This document shows, piece by piece, positions 19,011 through 28,349 of a stretch of 64,000 bases of DNA (position 1 is its first letter; each line of letters opens with the position of its first letter). The translations under genes were made by a program, and so were the position numbers. Source of the stretch: an uncultured Gammaproteobacteria bacterium (GTDB taxonomy: Bacteria; Pseudomonadota; Gammaproteobacteria; Ga0077536); contig CAXBJY010000005.1 in the NCBI GenBank assembly GCA_963976285.1, forward strand, positions 3,164 through 67,163, written 5' to 3'. The notes under the pieces are model-generated. The model was not told the origin of the DNA and searched no databases. It saw only the letters and a list, made by a program, of their open reading frames with translations.

Positions 19011-20099
19011 TCAGACGACGCGTGATTCAGCTTCGTCGATAACAGTGGGCGCGCTGGCCGTGATTTCCCGTTGCGGCAGACCGCTCGAGGCGAGCGCGAA
19101 CAGGGCCCACAAGCCGGCGTTCGATCGCACGAGCGCGTTCGTCGAAATCACCGTCGCCTTGACGCTGCGGCGTAAAATTTTTACTTCGCTGCCGTCGGCG
19201 TAATCGCGGTGACGATTGAGCTTGCGCAACGTGAGCACGGCCATACCAAGCGCCCACAAACAGAATTTACGCATGCCGGGTTGCTCGCGCGGCAGCATGC
19301 AGGTGTAACGCAAGGCATTGCGCAGGTGCCCGTGAGCAACACTGATCAATTCACCGAGTGCATCCTCGAACCCCGGGCCGCCGCGGCCGGGCGCGATGTC
19401 GGACAAGCGAACGCCACGGGCGGCAAACACGTCGGCCGGCAGCCAGCACGCGCCGCGGGCACGGTCGTCCCAGATGTCTTTCAGGATATTCGTCATTTGC
19501 AGGCCCTGGCCGAAAGAGACGGCGAGCCGCATCATCTCGGCACGCCGCGGTTGCAGTTCAGGACAGTGGTCGCAAAACAACGCGGTCAACATTTCGCCCA
19601 CGACGCCGGCGACATAGTAGCAGTAGCGGTCCATCGCTGCCTGGTCTGCGAGTCCGTCGAGCGTTTCCTGACCCTGGTAATAGACCATGCCGTCGGCCAT
19701 CGTGCGTACGCACGCTTCCATCGCCGCGCGCTGGTTCGCGTTGAGACTGTGCGTGATGCGGATCACGGCCGGCGTCTCGGCGACGAGCTCGCGCTCCGCC
19801 GCGAGGGTGTGCGAGGCGAGCCGCGGCGCGAGTTCGGCGGCAAATGCCGCGGCGTCGCCATCGCCGCGAACGATATCAATGAACGCCTGCGAGTAACGCA
19901 GTTTGTCGTCGAACGGCAGCCCGGCGTCGTCCTCGATGGTGTCGGCGATCCGGCACAGCAGGTACGCATTCGCGACCGCGTGATACAGCGCCGCGGGCAG
20001 CGTCGGAATCGTCAGCGCGAAGGTTCTGGACACGCCCTGCAGGATACGGTCCTGAAAAGCGGTGTCGCGCTCACTCGGTGGGTTACTCATGGGGGGCAT
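19011..20099 (-). CDS. sqs: squalene synthase (squalene/phytoene synthase family)
   Basis: Asp-rich motifs (RIADTIEDD, NILKDIWDD) and an isoprenoid-synthase fold. The roughly 360-aa length favours a single-enzyme Sqs type over HpnC/HpnD. The ORF extends upstream to 20474, but the conserved core starts near M126. Confidence 0.75.
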   Translation of the reverse strand: MPPMSNPPSERDTAFQDRILQGVSRTFALTIPTLPAALYHAVANAYLLCRIADTIEDDAGLPFDDKLRYSQAFIDIVRGDGDAAAFAAELAPRLASHTLAAERELVAETPAVIRITHSLNANQRAAMEACVRTMADGMVYYQGQETLDGLADQAAMDRYCYYVAGVVGEMLTALFCDHCPELQPRRAEMMRLAVSFGQGLQMTNILKDIWDDRARGACWLPADVFAARGVRLSDIAPGRGGPGFEDALGELISVAHGHLRNALRYTCMLPREQPGMRKFCLWALGMAVLTLRKLNRHRDYADGSEVKILRRSVKATVISTNALVRSNAGLWALFALASSGLPQREITASAPTVIDEAESRVV

Positions 20100-20223
20100 A
20101 GTGTATCCGTCTTGGGTCGTGCGGAGCCAGTCGCCGGCGGCAGCGGCGCGACCGCGGTCGCAGCGCGCGTTATGATCCGCGCCCAGACCATGACGCGGGG
20201 CGGTTCCCGGCGGGGGAACGGGG

Positions 20224-21234
20224 ATGGACTCGATAACGGAAATCAGCGTGACAACGACGGCGCCGGGCACGTTCACGATCGCCTGGCCGCCCGCATTCTC
20301 GCCCGACCCCGTCAGCGTCTGCGCGAGTTCCGCGCCGGACACGCTGGCGCAGGCCGACCCGGTGGTGACGGACGCTGTCGGCCACTGCACGCTCGGGGGA
20401 TTCGCGCCGGATGCGCGCCAGTATTTCCGCCTGAGTCGCACGAACGGCGAGGATCTCGTCGTCGCCGAACGCAATGTACCGCTCGCAGGGGCGGTGAACT
20501 TCCGCGATCTTGGCGGCTACGCCGCGATTGACGGCCGGCGGGTCCGGTGGGGGCGTCTGTTCCGCTCCGGCCACCTGTCGACCCTGACCCCGGCCGGGCA
20601 GGCGGCTTTCGCACGACTCGGCATCGCGACCGTGTGTGATTTTCGCCTCGCCTCGGAGCGTGCCCGGGAGAACATGACCTTACCAGCGGGCGTGACGCTC
20701 GAAGGCATTGAAATACCGCCCGGGGTGCGCGATCCCGAGTATTTTCACCGGGTTTTCCGCGACGCCAGCGGGCCGGACGACGTGGCCGAGGCGGTGCACG
20801 AGGTGGTCCTGTCGATGGTCAACGAGTCGGCCGACCGCTATCGCCGTCTGTTCGAGGTGTTGCTCGAGCCGGGAGAACGCAACATTTTGATCAATTGTTC
20901 GGCGGGCAAGGAACGCACCGGGATCGCCACGGCGCTGCTGCTCAGCGCTTTGGGCGTTCCCCGGGAAACGATTTATTATGACTTCATGCTGTCGGCCGTG
21001 TATTTTCCCGCGCTTGCGGAAATTCCCCGGGTGCTCGAAAAGTATGCTGTCAGTGCCGTCGGCGATGCCGCGCAGCGCCTCGTGATGCCGTTGCTCGAAA
21101 CGCGCGCATCGTATCTGCAGGTCGCATTCGATTCGATCGACCGCGAGTGCGGGGACACGGACGCGTTTTTACGCAAGCATTACGATCTCGGCACGGCCGA
21201 ATGTACCGAACTGCGGCGACGTTACCTCGTATGA
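20224..21234 (+). CDS. protein-tyrosine phosphatase family protein (Y_phosphatase3-like)
   Basis: CX5R P-loop INCSAGKERTG. Confidence 0.6.
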   Translation: MDSITEISVTTTAPGTFTIAWPPAFSPDPVSVCASSAPDTLAQADPVVTDAVGHCTLGGFAPDARQYFRLSRTNGEDLVVAERNVPLAGAVNFRDLGGYAAIDGRRVRWGRLFRSGHLSTLTPAGQAAFARLGIATVCDFRLASERARENMTLPAGVTLEGIEIPPGVRDPEYFHRVFRDASGPDDVAEAVHEVVLSMVNESADRYRRLFEVLLEPGERNILINCSAGKERTGIATALLLSALGVPRETIYYDFMLSAVYFPALAEIPRVLEKYAVSAVGDAAQRLVMPLLETRASYLQVAFDSIDRECGDTDAFLRKHYDLGTAECTELRRRYLV

Positions 21235-21280
21235 AGGCGAATTGATCGCAGCGATAACAAGAAGATATTGAGGATACGCC

Positions 21281-22024
21281 ATGAGCAGACTCTACGAAGA
21301 CGGGGACAAGTACGGCTATCAGTCGGATTTCGCCATCGTCGAAGCGTACAACAGCGCGGTGAAAGACCTTGTCCGCAAGCGCTTCGATGAATCCGGCCTC
21401 GCGTGGCGCGACTTTGTTGCCGGGCGCGCCTACGATGCGATCACGAAGGACGACATGGCGGCAATCGAACAACGCCTGCTCAGCTACGGTTACCGCTTCG
21501 AGCCGTCGGCCATGTCCTCGGCGACCGAGCGTCCGGAAGCCTACAAGGATTCCGGTTTGCACGACGAGAACTTCTGTTTCGAACACCCGGACGCACCAAC
21601 CGCCCCTGCCGATGCAGGCGGGCGGGAGCTGCGCGGTGCCGGCGACAATGTCGTCAGCCGCGCGGCGAATGTCACCGGCATTGCGCGTTACGTGCGCACG
21701 AGCGACAAAGTGCTCGAATACCTGACGAACGGTGTTCCGGACGACACGATCGCCATCGTCGATGACTCGGGCGGCACGCTCACCGCGCCTATCCTCGAGA
21801 AATTCAAAGCCGTGCTGTGTGCCGGCGGGACAACGCGCTCGCATCTCGCGATCCTCACCCGCGAATACGGAATCCCGTGCTTCATGAACGCGCGCCTGAG
21901 CGGTATCAGGACCGGCGATGTGCTCGAAGTCGAAGCGACGGCGAAAGCAAAATCGGGGGACGACTATGCCAGCGGCAGCGACGTTTCCGGGAAGGTCTGG
22001 CGGCTCAAGGCGTCCGGAGAATAG
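21281..22024 (+). CDS. PEP-utilising-enzyme mobile (phosphohistidine swivel) domain protein
   Basis: C-terminal GGTTRSHLAILTREYGIPCF resembles the PEPS/PPDK phospho-His segment GGRTSHAAIIARELGIP. The N-terminal 150 aa are unassigned. Confidence 0.6.
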   Translation: MSRLYEDGDKYGYQSDFAIVEAYNSAVKDLVRKRFDESGLAWRDFVAGRAYDAITKDDMAAIEQRLLSYGYRFEPSAMSSATERPEAYKDSGLHDENFCFEHPDAPTAPADAGGRELRGAGDNVVSRAANVTGIARYVRTSDKVLEYLTNGVPDDTIAIVDDSGGTLTAPILEKFKAVLCAGGTTRSHLAILTREYGIPCFMNARLSGIRTGDVLEVEATAKAKSGDDYASGSDVSGKVWRLKASGE

Positions 22025-22027
22025 AAC

Positions 22028-23590
22028 ATGTCAGAGAACAAGCTAACCTACGCGCAGCTGCTCGAAACGAATAATCTGATCCAGCAGAACGCGGACGAAA
22101 CCTACTGGCTGTGCGCCACCCGCACGGTGCAGGAATCGAAGATCTTTCCGGTCTCGGCCTACATACTGTTTTCCTACCTGAACTGCTTTTACCGCTATCC
22201 GACGTTGCTGAAAAAGATCGAGGCGAGCATGTCGGCCGAGGAAATCGGCGATCGCGCGCGCAACCAGGGACAGAAAATCACGGCCTGGACGCTGCCGTGC
22301 TTCTACCTGCTCGGCCGCGAAATGCTGATCAACTGGGGCATGATCAAACCGACGGACGCGGTCGAGGATGTGATCTACGTACTCGACTTCTGGAAACGCT
22401 TTCAATTGTCATGGCATCGCAATAACGGCAACCTGACGAACCGCCAGGCGGGACACCGCGCGCAGGTAATGCCGGAGCAGAAGCTGCAGGTGTTCCATGC
22501 CGATGCATTCGAGTGCCGCGAAGGCGATCCCCTGCACAAGGCCGCGCAGGCCTTCATGGCGACCACGGCGCAATACGGTTTTCTCGTTTCGTGCGAGAGC
22601 CGGCTCACGATGCACAACCACGGCCCGTACAGGATTTCCGATCGGCGTGAAATGCTCGTGCGCGATTTTCGGGAACTGTCCGAGTACGACGTGCCGTGGC
22701 TCGACGGGGTCGGACGGGATATCCCGTTCAATAACCTCACCGTGACGATGATCCTCGAGGACTGCCACATCAACCTGCTCGACGACTGGGGCTCGTTCGA
22801 GTCCGAGCCGGAAATGCGTGCCGAGCACATGGTCGCGGTGGGCCTGTATACGGCGGATAACCTGTCCGACGGACACATCCCGGTGGGCATGGGCAGTAAG
22901 CAGGAATTGACGGACACATTCCTCGACCTGACTGAACGCGTGAAGGTAGCGACCGGCAAGCTGTGGCAGGAAATGTCCGGGTGGACCCGCGATCAGCAAC
23001 TCGACGCCGGCGCGCTGACGTATTTCGCCGTGATCAAGGAGTTCGCGCATTACGCCGGCGTGTATGACGTCGACGACTGGATGATGATCGACGAACGCGC
23101 GGAGCGCTTCCGCCCGTTGCTGAACGACGAGTACGGCAATCTGTTCCTCGGCGAACTCGTCGGTTACATCACGACACCGAGCCAGCGGATGCATGACTAC
23201 ACGATGATGCAGCACACCGGGACGCCGGCGCGCGCGCTGAGTTATTTTCCCTATTCGATCCTCGACGACGGCGACTATACGGCTTCGGTCGGGCCGATGC
23301 GTCCCGGTACGAGTAACCTGCCGGCGAAAGTCGACCGTTACCGCACGACCGAAGGCGTACTCGGCCTCGACGAGTACAATCGGCGCAGCCGCGAATTCGT
23401 GCCGAACAGTTGTTCGCCGCGTTTCCGTTATCTGTGCGCGGACTGGGTGAAGTACCACTACGAGACACCACTGGCCGATGAACTGTTCGCGCTCGAGCAA
23501 AAGGATTCGCGCCTGCTCAAGGGCAAGGGGGCGAGCCTGCGCCGGGATGATATCGAACGTTTGCGCGCCGCGAGCAACGCAGGGGAGTAG
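22028..23590 (+). CDS. hypothetical protein, 520 aa
   Basis: Protein-like composition rich in W/Y/F. 4-nt spacing from both the upstream and downstream genes. Confidence 0.5.
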   Translation: MSENKLTYAQLLETNNLIQQNADETYWLCATRTVQESKIFPVSAYILFSYLNCFYRYPTLLKKIEASMSAEEIGDRARNQGQKITAWTLPCFYLLGREMLINWGMIKPTDAVEDVIYVLDFWKRFQLSWHRNNGNLTNRQAGHRAQVMPEQKLQVFHADAFECREGDPLHKAAQAFMATTAQYGFLVSCESRLTMHNHGPYRISDRREMLVRDFRELSEYDVPWLDGVGRDIPFNNLTVTMILEDCHINLLDDWGSFESEPEMRAEHMVAVGLYTADNLSDGHIPVGMGSKQELTDTFLDLTERVKVATGKLWQEMSGWTRDQQLDAGALTYFAVIKEFAHYAGVYDVDDWMMIDERAERFRPLLNDEYGNLFLGELVGYITTPSQRMHDYTMMQHTGTPARALSYFPYSILDDGDYTASVGPMRPGTSNLPAKVDRYRTTEGVLGLDEYNRRSREFVPNSCSPRFRYLCADWVKYHYETPLADELFALEQKDSRLLKGKGASLRRDDIERLRAASNAGE

Positions 23591-23594
23591 CGCG

Positions 23595-24200
23595 ATGATG
23601 AGCGACCTACATCGAGTGATGCATGGCATTGCGATCAAGAAACATGCGGCGCCCGCGGCTATTGCCGCGCTCGCCGGCGTCTCCGTGGAAACCGCGGGCG
23701 CGACCCTCGCCGCCGCCGAGGCGAGCGGGCGGGTCGTCGCCGCGGACGGCAAATATCTGCTGTCGCCCGCCGGGCAGATGATCCTGCTCGGCGAGTATTC
23801 GCGTTTCTACGACGAGTTGCGCCAGGACCAGGATTTCGTCGCCGCCTACGAGCGCTTCGAAATCATCAACAACGATTTGAAGAGCCTGATCACGGACTGG
23901 CAGACGATGGACATCGGCGGCCAGAAAGTGCCAAACGATCATTCCAATGCGGATTATGACGATCGGATCATCGGCCGGCTCGGCGATCTGCACGAACGCT
24001 TCGAGCCCGTGCTCGGCGTCATGGTAGCGCGCGAACCGCGTTTGCAGTGGTATGCGGAGCGGCTCACCGAAGCGCTGGAGAAAGCCGAGGACGGTGATGT
24101 CGCCTGGGTCAGCGACGCGACGATCGAGAGCTACCACACCGTGTGGTTCGAAATGCACGAAGACCTGTTGCGCCTGCTCGGTCGCGAGCGAACGGAATAA
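23595..24200 (+). CDS. hypothetical protein
   Basis: AGGGGAG RBS 8 nt before ATGATG. Third gene of the operon. Confidence 0.45.
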   Translation: MMSDLHRVMHGIAIKKHAAPAAIAALAGVSVETAGATLAAAEASGRVVAADGKYLLSPAGQMILLGEYSRFYDELRQDQDFVAAYERFEIINNDLKSLITDWQTMDIGGQKVPNDHSNADYDDRIIGRLGDLHERFEPVLGVMVAREPRLQWYAERLTEALEKAEDGDVAWVSDATIESYHTVWFEMHEDLLRLLGRERTE

Positions 24201-24250
24201 GGCCGGGGCGGCAGCGCCACAATAAAAATCACCACAGGAACAGAAATACC

Positions 24251-25033
24251 GTGACAAGACTCGCAGGAAAAATTGCTTTGATTACCGGCGCCAGCTCCGG
24301 GATCGGTCGCGAATGCATGTGCATGTTCGCGCGCGAAGGAGCCAGCGTGTTCGGTGTTGCCAGGACACAGGCGAATCTCGACGAAACGCTGAAGCTCGTA
24401 ACGGACGCCGGTGGCGACGGCGCCGTGTTCAGTGCCGATCTGTCGGATCCCGAACAGGCCGAAGCGGCGGTGAACGCGGCGATCGCGCATTACGGTCGCA
24501 TCGATATTCTCATCAACGCGGCCGGGGTTGGCTACAGTCTCAAGGACACGAGCCCGGGTTCGATGGATCCGATCGATACGACCCCGATCGACAAATGGCG
24601 CGAAGTGATGGCGATCAACCTCGACAGCCTGTTTTTCGTGAGTCGTCTCGTTGTACGCCAGATGAAAAAACAGCAATCGGGCTCGATCGTGAATGTCGCG
24701 AGTATCTTCGGCATGGGCGGAGCGCCGGATGCGCACACCTACACGGCGACGAAAGGCGCGATCATCAACCTGACCCGCTCGATGGCGGTCGCTTATGTCG
24801 ATGACGGGATCCGGACGAATGCGGTCGCCCCCGGTTTCGTCACGACCCAGATGGTCGAGATCGTACTCGACGTGCTTTTTTCCGAGGAAAACGCCGCGGC
24901 GACTTCGCCGATGAAACGCCCGGCGACAACGGCGGAAGTGGCCTACGGTTGCCTGTATCTCGCTTCCGACGAGGCCTCGTACTGTAACGGTACGATCCTC
25001 GCGATCGATGGCGGATCGAGCGCACGCGCCTGA
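24251..25033 (+). CDS. SDR family oxidoreductase
   Basis: TGASSGIG Rossmann motif and YxxxK (YTATK). GTG start with an AGGAA RBS. Confidence 0.8.
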   Translation: MTRLAGKIALITGASSGIGRECMCMFAREGASVFGVARTQANLDETLKLVTDAGGDGAVFSADLSDPEQAEAAVNAAIAHYGRIDILINAAGVGYSLKDTSPGSMDPIDTTPIDKWREVMAINLDSLFFVSRLVVRQMKKQQSGSIVNVASIFGMGGAPDAHTYTATKGAIINLTRSMAVAYVDDGIRTNAVAPGFVTTQMVEIVLDVLFSEENAAATSPMKRPATTAEVAYGCLYLASDEASYCNGTILAIDGGSSARA

Positions 25034-25045
25034 GCGCGCCGTGGA

Positions 25046-25396
25046 TTACTCGCAGGGGAATGCGCGATTCAGCGCGTTCAGGACGATGCTGCTGGCCTCA
25101 AAATCGAGTTCGTTCGGGTGTGAATCGAGGTACGCCATGACGGCGCCGAATGCGTGATCGAACTTGTCTCCTTTTGGAAAGCAGATCACGCGTTCAAGCC
25201 GGCCCCATAATGCCCAGGTCGCGTGGGTTTCCACGGCCGCGAGGATATAACCGTCGCAGTAGTGCTTGCCGTTTTCACCGTTCGAGCCGTTACAGGATTC
25301 GAGCAGCTCCCGGCCACTGATTTGATCGGCCTGTACCGGGCCGATGCTTGCGCTGAACAGCGCGAGCGCAAGGGCGAGGCGGATGATGGTGTTCAC
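25046..25396 (-). CDS. small secreted hypothetical protein
   Basis: Signal peptide MNTIIRLALALALFSASIGPVQA, several Cys, 116 aa. Confidence 0.5.
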   Translation of the reverse strand: MNTIIRLALALALFSASIGPVQADQISGRELLESCNGSNGENGKHYCDGYILAAVETHATWALWGRLERVICFPKGDKFDHAFGAVMAYLDSHPNELDFEASSIVLNALNRAFPCE

Positions 25397-25501
25397 CGGT
25401 GGTGCTTCCTGGGCTCGAATAACGGCTCCCTGTGACCGCGGGCGGGCGCTGTCGGTTCCCCGATCATGTGCCCGCCGTGGTCCGGTTCGGAAAACGCCGG
25501 T

Positions 25502-27235
25502 TCAGGCAGCCGCGATTGCCGTTGCTGCTTCGGCCGCGGCCGCGCCGTGGCGCAACAGCTTGCCGGAGTACGTATTCGTCTGTTGGTCGTTCTCGATCGT
25601 GACTTCGCCGTTGATCAGAATATAGCGATAACCTTTCGCCCGCTGCACGCGGCGCCATTCATTGCCGGGCAGATCGTGCACGACTTCGGGTGGCAGGATT
25701 TCGAGGTTCTCGTAATCGTAGACGACGATATCCGCCGGCGAACCGAGCTCGAGCGTGCCACGGTCCCGGCAACCGCACAATTGCGCCGGCAGCGCGGACA
25801 AGCGCCAGTGCGCATCTTCGAGGCTCAGCATGCCGTGCTCGCGGACGATCTTCGTCAGCGTCTCCGTCGGGTATCGGCCCGCGGTGAGAAACTTCGTGTG
25901 TGCGCCGCCGTCGGACACCCCGAACAGGACGTACGGGTTGTCGACGATTTCCTTCAGGTAATCGATGCGGCTGTTCGGGGGCATCGAGAAAAATTCCGTT
26001 TCGAGGTTGTCCGCAACGACAATGTCGAGCATTGCATCGACGACATGCTTGCCGGTTTTTTCCGCAACGAGGCCGACGGTGTGATCCAGCCATTGCCGGG
26101 TTTCCGCGCTCTTCGGGCCGGTAACGACGATTTCCTCGAACGGCCCCAGCACGAATGCCGGGATCTGCTCGCGCAGAGCCGGGCGCCGGGCGGGGTCGCC
26201 AAGTTTCGCGAGGCGCTCTTCATGTGAACCGAGCGTCGCGTCACGCCAGGCCGGGCATTCATCGAACAGGTTCCAGTCCTCGAACGTGAACGCATAGCCG
26301 GCATCCGTCGTCAGGCCCTGGCCGTAGACCCGGATGCCCTGCTCGCGGCAGTGTTCGAGCCAGGCGAGAACCTTGCGGTGAATTTTCGGCTGCGTATCGG
26401 TGGCCTGGACGACGTTGAAAATCATCGGGCGACCGCTGATTTCCGACAGTTCCTGCAGGTGCAGTTGATCGGCTTTCGGATCGCCCGAAACCATCGTGCA
26501 CTGCATGTGTCCTTCGTTGCGGCGGGCGAGGACCTTCGCGAATTCAATCGCGGTTTCGTTGTGCATGACGTCGGTTGGCATCGCGGTACCGTCGTAATCG
26601 AGCTGGGCGCCGCCGGGCCCTGACGGCGGCAGCCGCTGCATCGACCAGCCGCAACCGCCGGCATCGAGCGACTGTTCGAGTAGCCGGCACATCTCCGCGT
26701 GTTCCGCGTCCGTCGGCATGCGGCCGGCTTTCGCGTCGGCGAGACCCATGACGGATACCATGATCGGGCTGATCGGCACGTACGGCACGATGTTCATCGC
26801 CTTCGGCGTGCGTTCCACGCTGTCGAGGAATTCCGGAAATGTTTCCCAGTCCCACGGCATGCCGGCCTTCATCGAAGCGAGTGGAATTGCCTCGACCCGG
26901 GTCATCGTCAGCATCGCGCGTTCGCGCGCTTCGGGCGCGACCGGCGCGAAGCCGAATCCGCAGTTGCCGATCACGACGGTCGTGATCCCGTGCCAGCCCG
27001 AGATCGTGCAGTACGGATCCCAGAACACCTGCGCATCGTAATGCGTGTGCAGATCGACGAAACCGGGCGCGACGATATGGCCCGAGGCATCGAGCACCTT
27101 GTCCGCACGCGACGAATCGATGTAGCCGATCTCCGCGATCAGCCCGTCCCGGATCGCGATGTCGCCGCGGTAACGCGGGGTGCGCGTACCGTCGATGATC
27201 ATGCCGCCTTTGATAAGTGTGTCGAATTCTGCCAT
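25502..27235 (-). CDS. N-acyl-D-amino-acid deacylase (D-aminoacylase) family amidohydrolase
   Basis: DTLIKGGMIIDGT..DIAIRDGLIAEIG followed by the metal-binding DLHTHYD. Confidence 0.75.
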   Translation of the reverse strand: MAEFDTLIKGGMIIDGTRTPRYRGDIAIRDGLIAEIGYIDSSRADKVLDASGHIVAPGFVDLHTHYDAQVFWDPYCTISGWHGITTVVIGNCGFGFAPVAPEARERAMLTMTRVEAIPLASMKAGMPWDWETFPEFLDSVERTPKAMNIVPYVPISPIMVSVMGLADAKAGRMPTDAEHAEMCRLLEQSLDAGGCGWSMQRLPPSGPGGAQLDYDGTAMPTDVMHNETAIEFAKVLARRNEGHMQCTMVSGDPKADQLHLQELSEISGRPMIFNVVQATDTQPKIHRKVLAWLEHCREQGIRVYGQGLTTDAGYAFTFEDWNLFDECPAWRDATLGSHEERLAKLGDPARRPALREQIPAFVLGPFEEIVVTGPKSAETRQWLDHTVGLVAEKTGKHVVDAMLDIVVADNLETEFFSMPPNSRIDYLKEIVDNPYVLFGVSDGGAHTKFLTAGRYPTETLTKIVREHGMLSLEDAHWRLSALPAQLCGCRDRGTLELGSPADIVVYDYENLEILPPEVVHDLPGNEWRRVQRAKGYRYILINGEVTIENDQQTNTYSGKLLRHGAAAAEAATAIAAA

Positions 27236-27496
27236 CGGTCGTGTCCTGTGCGGTTCTGCGATGAAGTTGGAGTGCATTATTCCACGCACCAGTCAGCGAG
27301 CAAACCGGGGACGAGTTCGGTGCGGGTCGGACCGTTGCGATATTGCAGCGCGGCATAAGACGTCGCGACCCGCGCATTGACGGTGGCGGCGCGATCACGC
27401 GGGGTCGCTCGTCAGGCGTGCGACGGACCGCTATATTCACCGGCGCACGTGCGGTGCGACATCGGGTCGGATCGGCTATTACGGGGTAACAACGAC

Positions 27497-28267
27497 ATGG
27501 ATCTTGGATTAACGGGGAAACGCGCGATCGTCACCGGGGCGACGCGCGGTATCGGGCGGGCGATTGCTGAACGGCTCGCGGCGGAAGGGTGTTCGGTCGC
27601 GATCTGCGCGCGCAATGCGGATGCCGCGCGTGACGTTGCCGCGGCGATCGCCCAGGCGAGTCCCGAGGGAGTCAACGTAACCGGCGCCGCGGTTGATGTC
27701 GCCGATGCGGCAACCGTAAAACGCTGGATCGACGATACCGCCGCGCAGTTCGGTGGTCTCGATATCGCGATCGCGAACGTCAGTGCGCTTGCCGTGGCGG
27801 CGGACGAAGACGCGTGGCGTCAGGGCATGGAAATCGACATGCTCGGCACGGTGCGCACGGTCGAAAGCGCATTACCGTATCTCGAACAGTCTGCCTGCGG
27901 AGCCGTCGTTGCGGTGTCTTCTACCGCCGCGCTCGAAGCGTTCGGTGGTCCGCGCCCGTACAATGCGATCAAGGCAGCCGTGATCAACTACATGTCGAAC
28001 CTTGCGACAATCGCGGCCCCGAACGGCGTGCGCGCGAACACCGTGTCGCCGGGCACGATCTATTTTGACGATGGCGTATGGGGCGATCGCAAGCGGGAAG
28101 CGCCGGCTGTCTATGAAGCCGTACTCGCGCAGAACCCGCTCGGCCGTATGGGCACGCCGGCCGAAGTCGCGAACGCGGTTGCGTTCCTCGCGAGTCCGGC
28201 GGCGAGTTTCATTACCGGTGCAAACCTCGTCGTCGATGGTGGCATAACCCGTCGGGTGCAGTTCTGA
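27497..28267 (+). CDS. SDR family oxidoreductase (3-oxoacyl-ACP reductase-like)
   Basis: [12 protein letters not shown] and YNAIK motifs. Confidence 0.8.
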   Translation: MDLGLTGKRAIVTGATRGIGRAIAERLAAEGCSVAICARNADAARDVAAAIAQASPEGVNVTGAAVDVADAATVKRWIDDTAAQFGGLDIAIANVSALAVAADEDAWRQGMEIDMLGTVRTVESALPYLEQSACGAVVAVSSTAALEAFGGPRPYNAIKAAVINYMSNLATIAAPNGVRANTVSPGTIYFDDGVWGDRKREAPAVYEAVLAQNPLGRMGTPAEVANAVAFLASPAASFITGANLVVDGGITRRVQF

Positions 28268-28349
28268 GCGGCGCGTTCGTGCCCGTTCGCGGGCGGCGGG
28301 CGGAAGCGATGCGCCGGCGGGTTAAACACGGGGCGTTCGCGCGGCCCCG

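Noticed and set aside
19209-20531. 440-aa ORF antisense to squalene synthase
   Set aside because: No motifs, Arg/Gly-rich. The sense strand has isoprenoid-synthase Asp-rich motifs.
22409-23752. 447-aa minus-strand ORF opposite the 520-aa hypothetical
   Set aside because: Ala/Arg-rich. The plus-strand gene has protein-like composition and fits an operon with 4-nt spacings.
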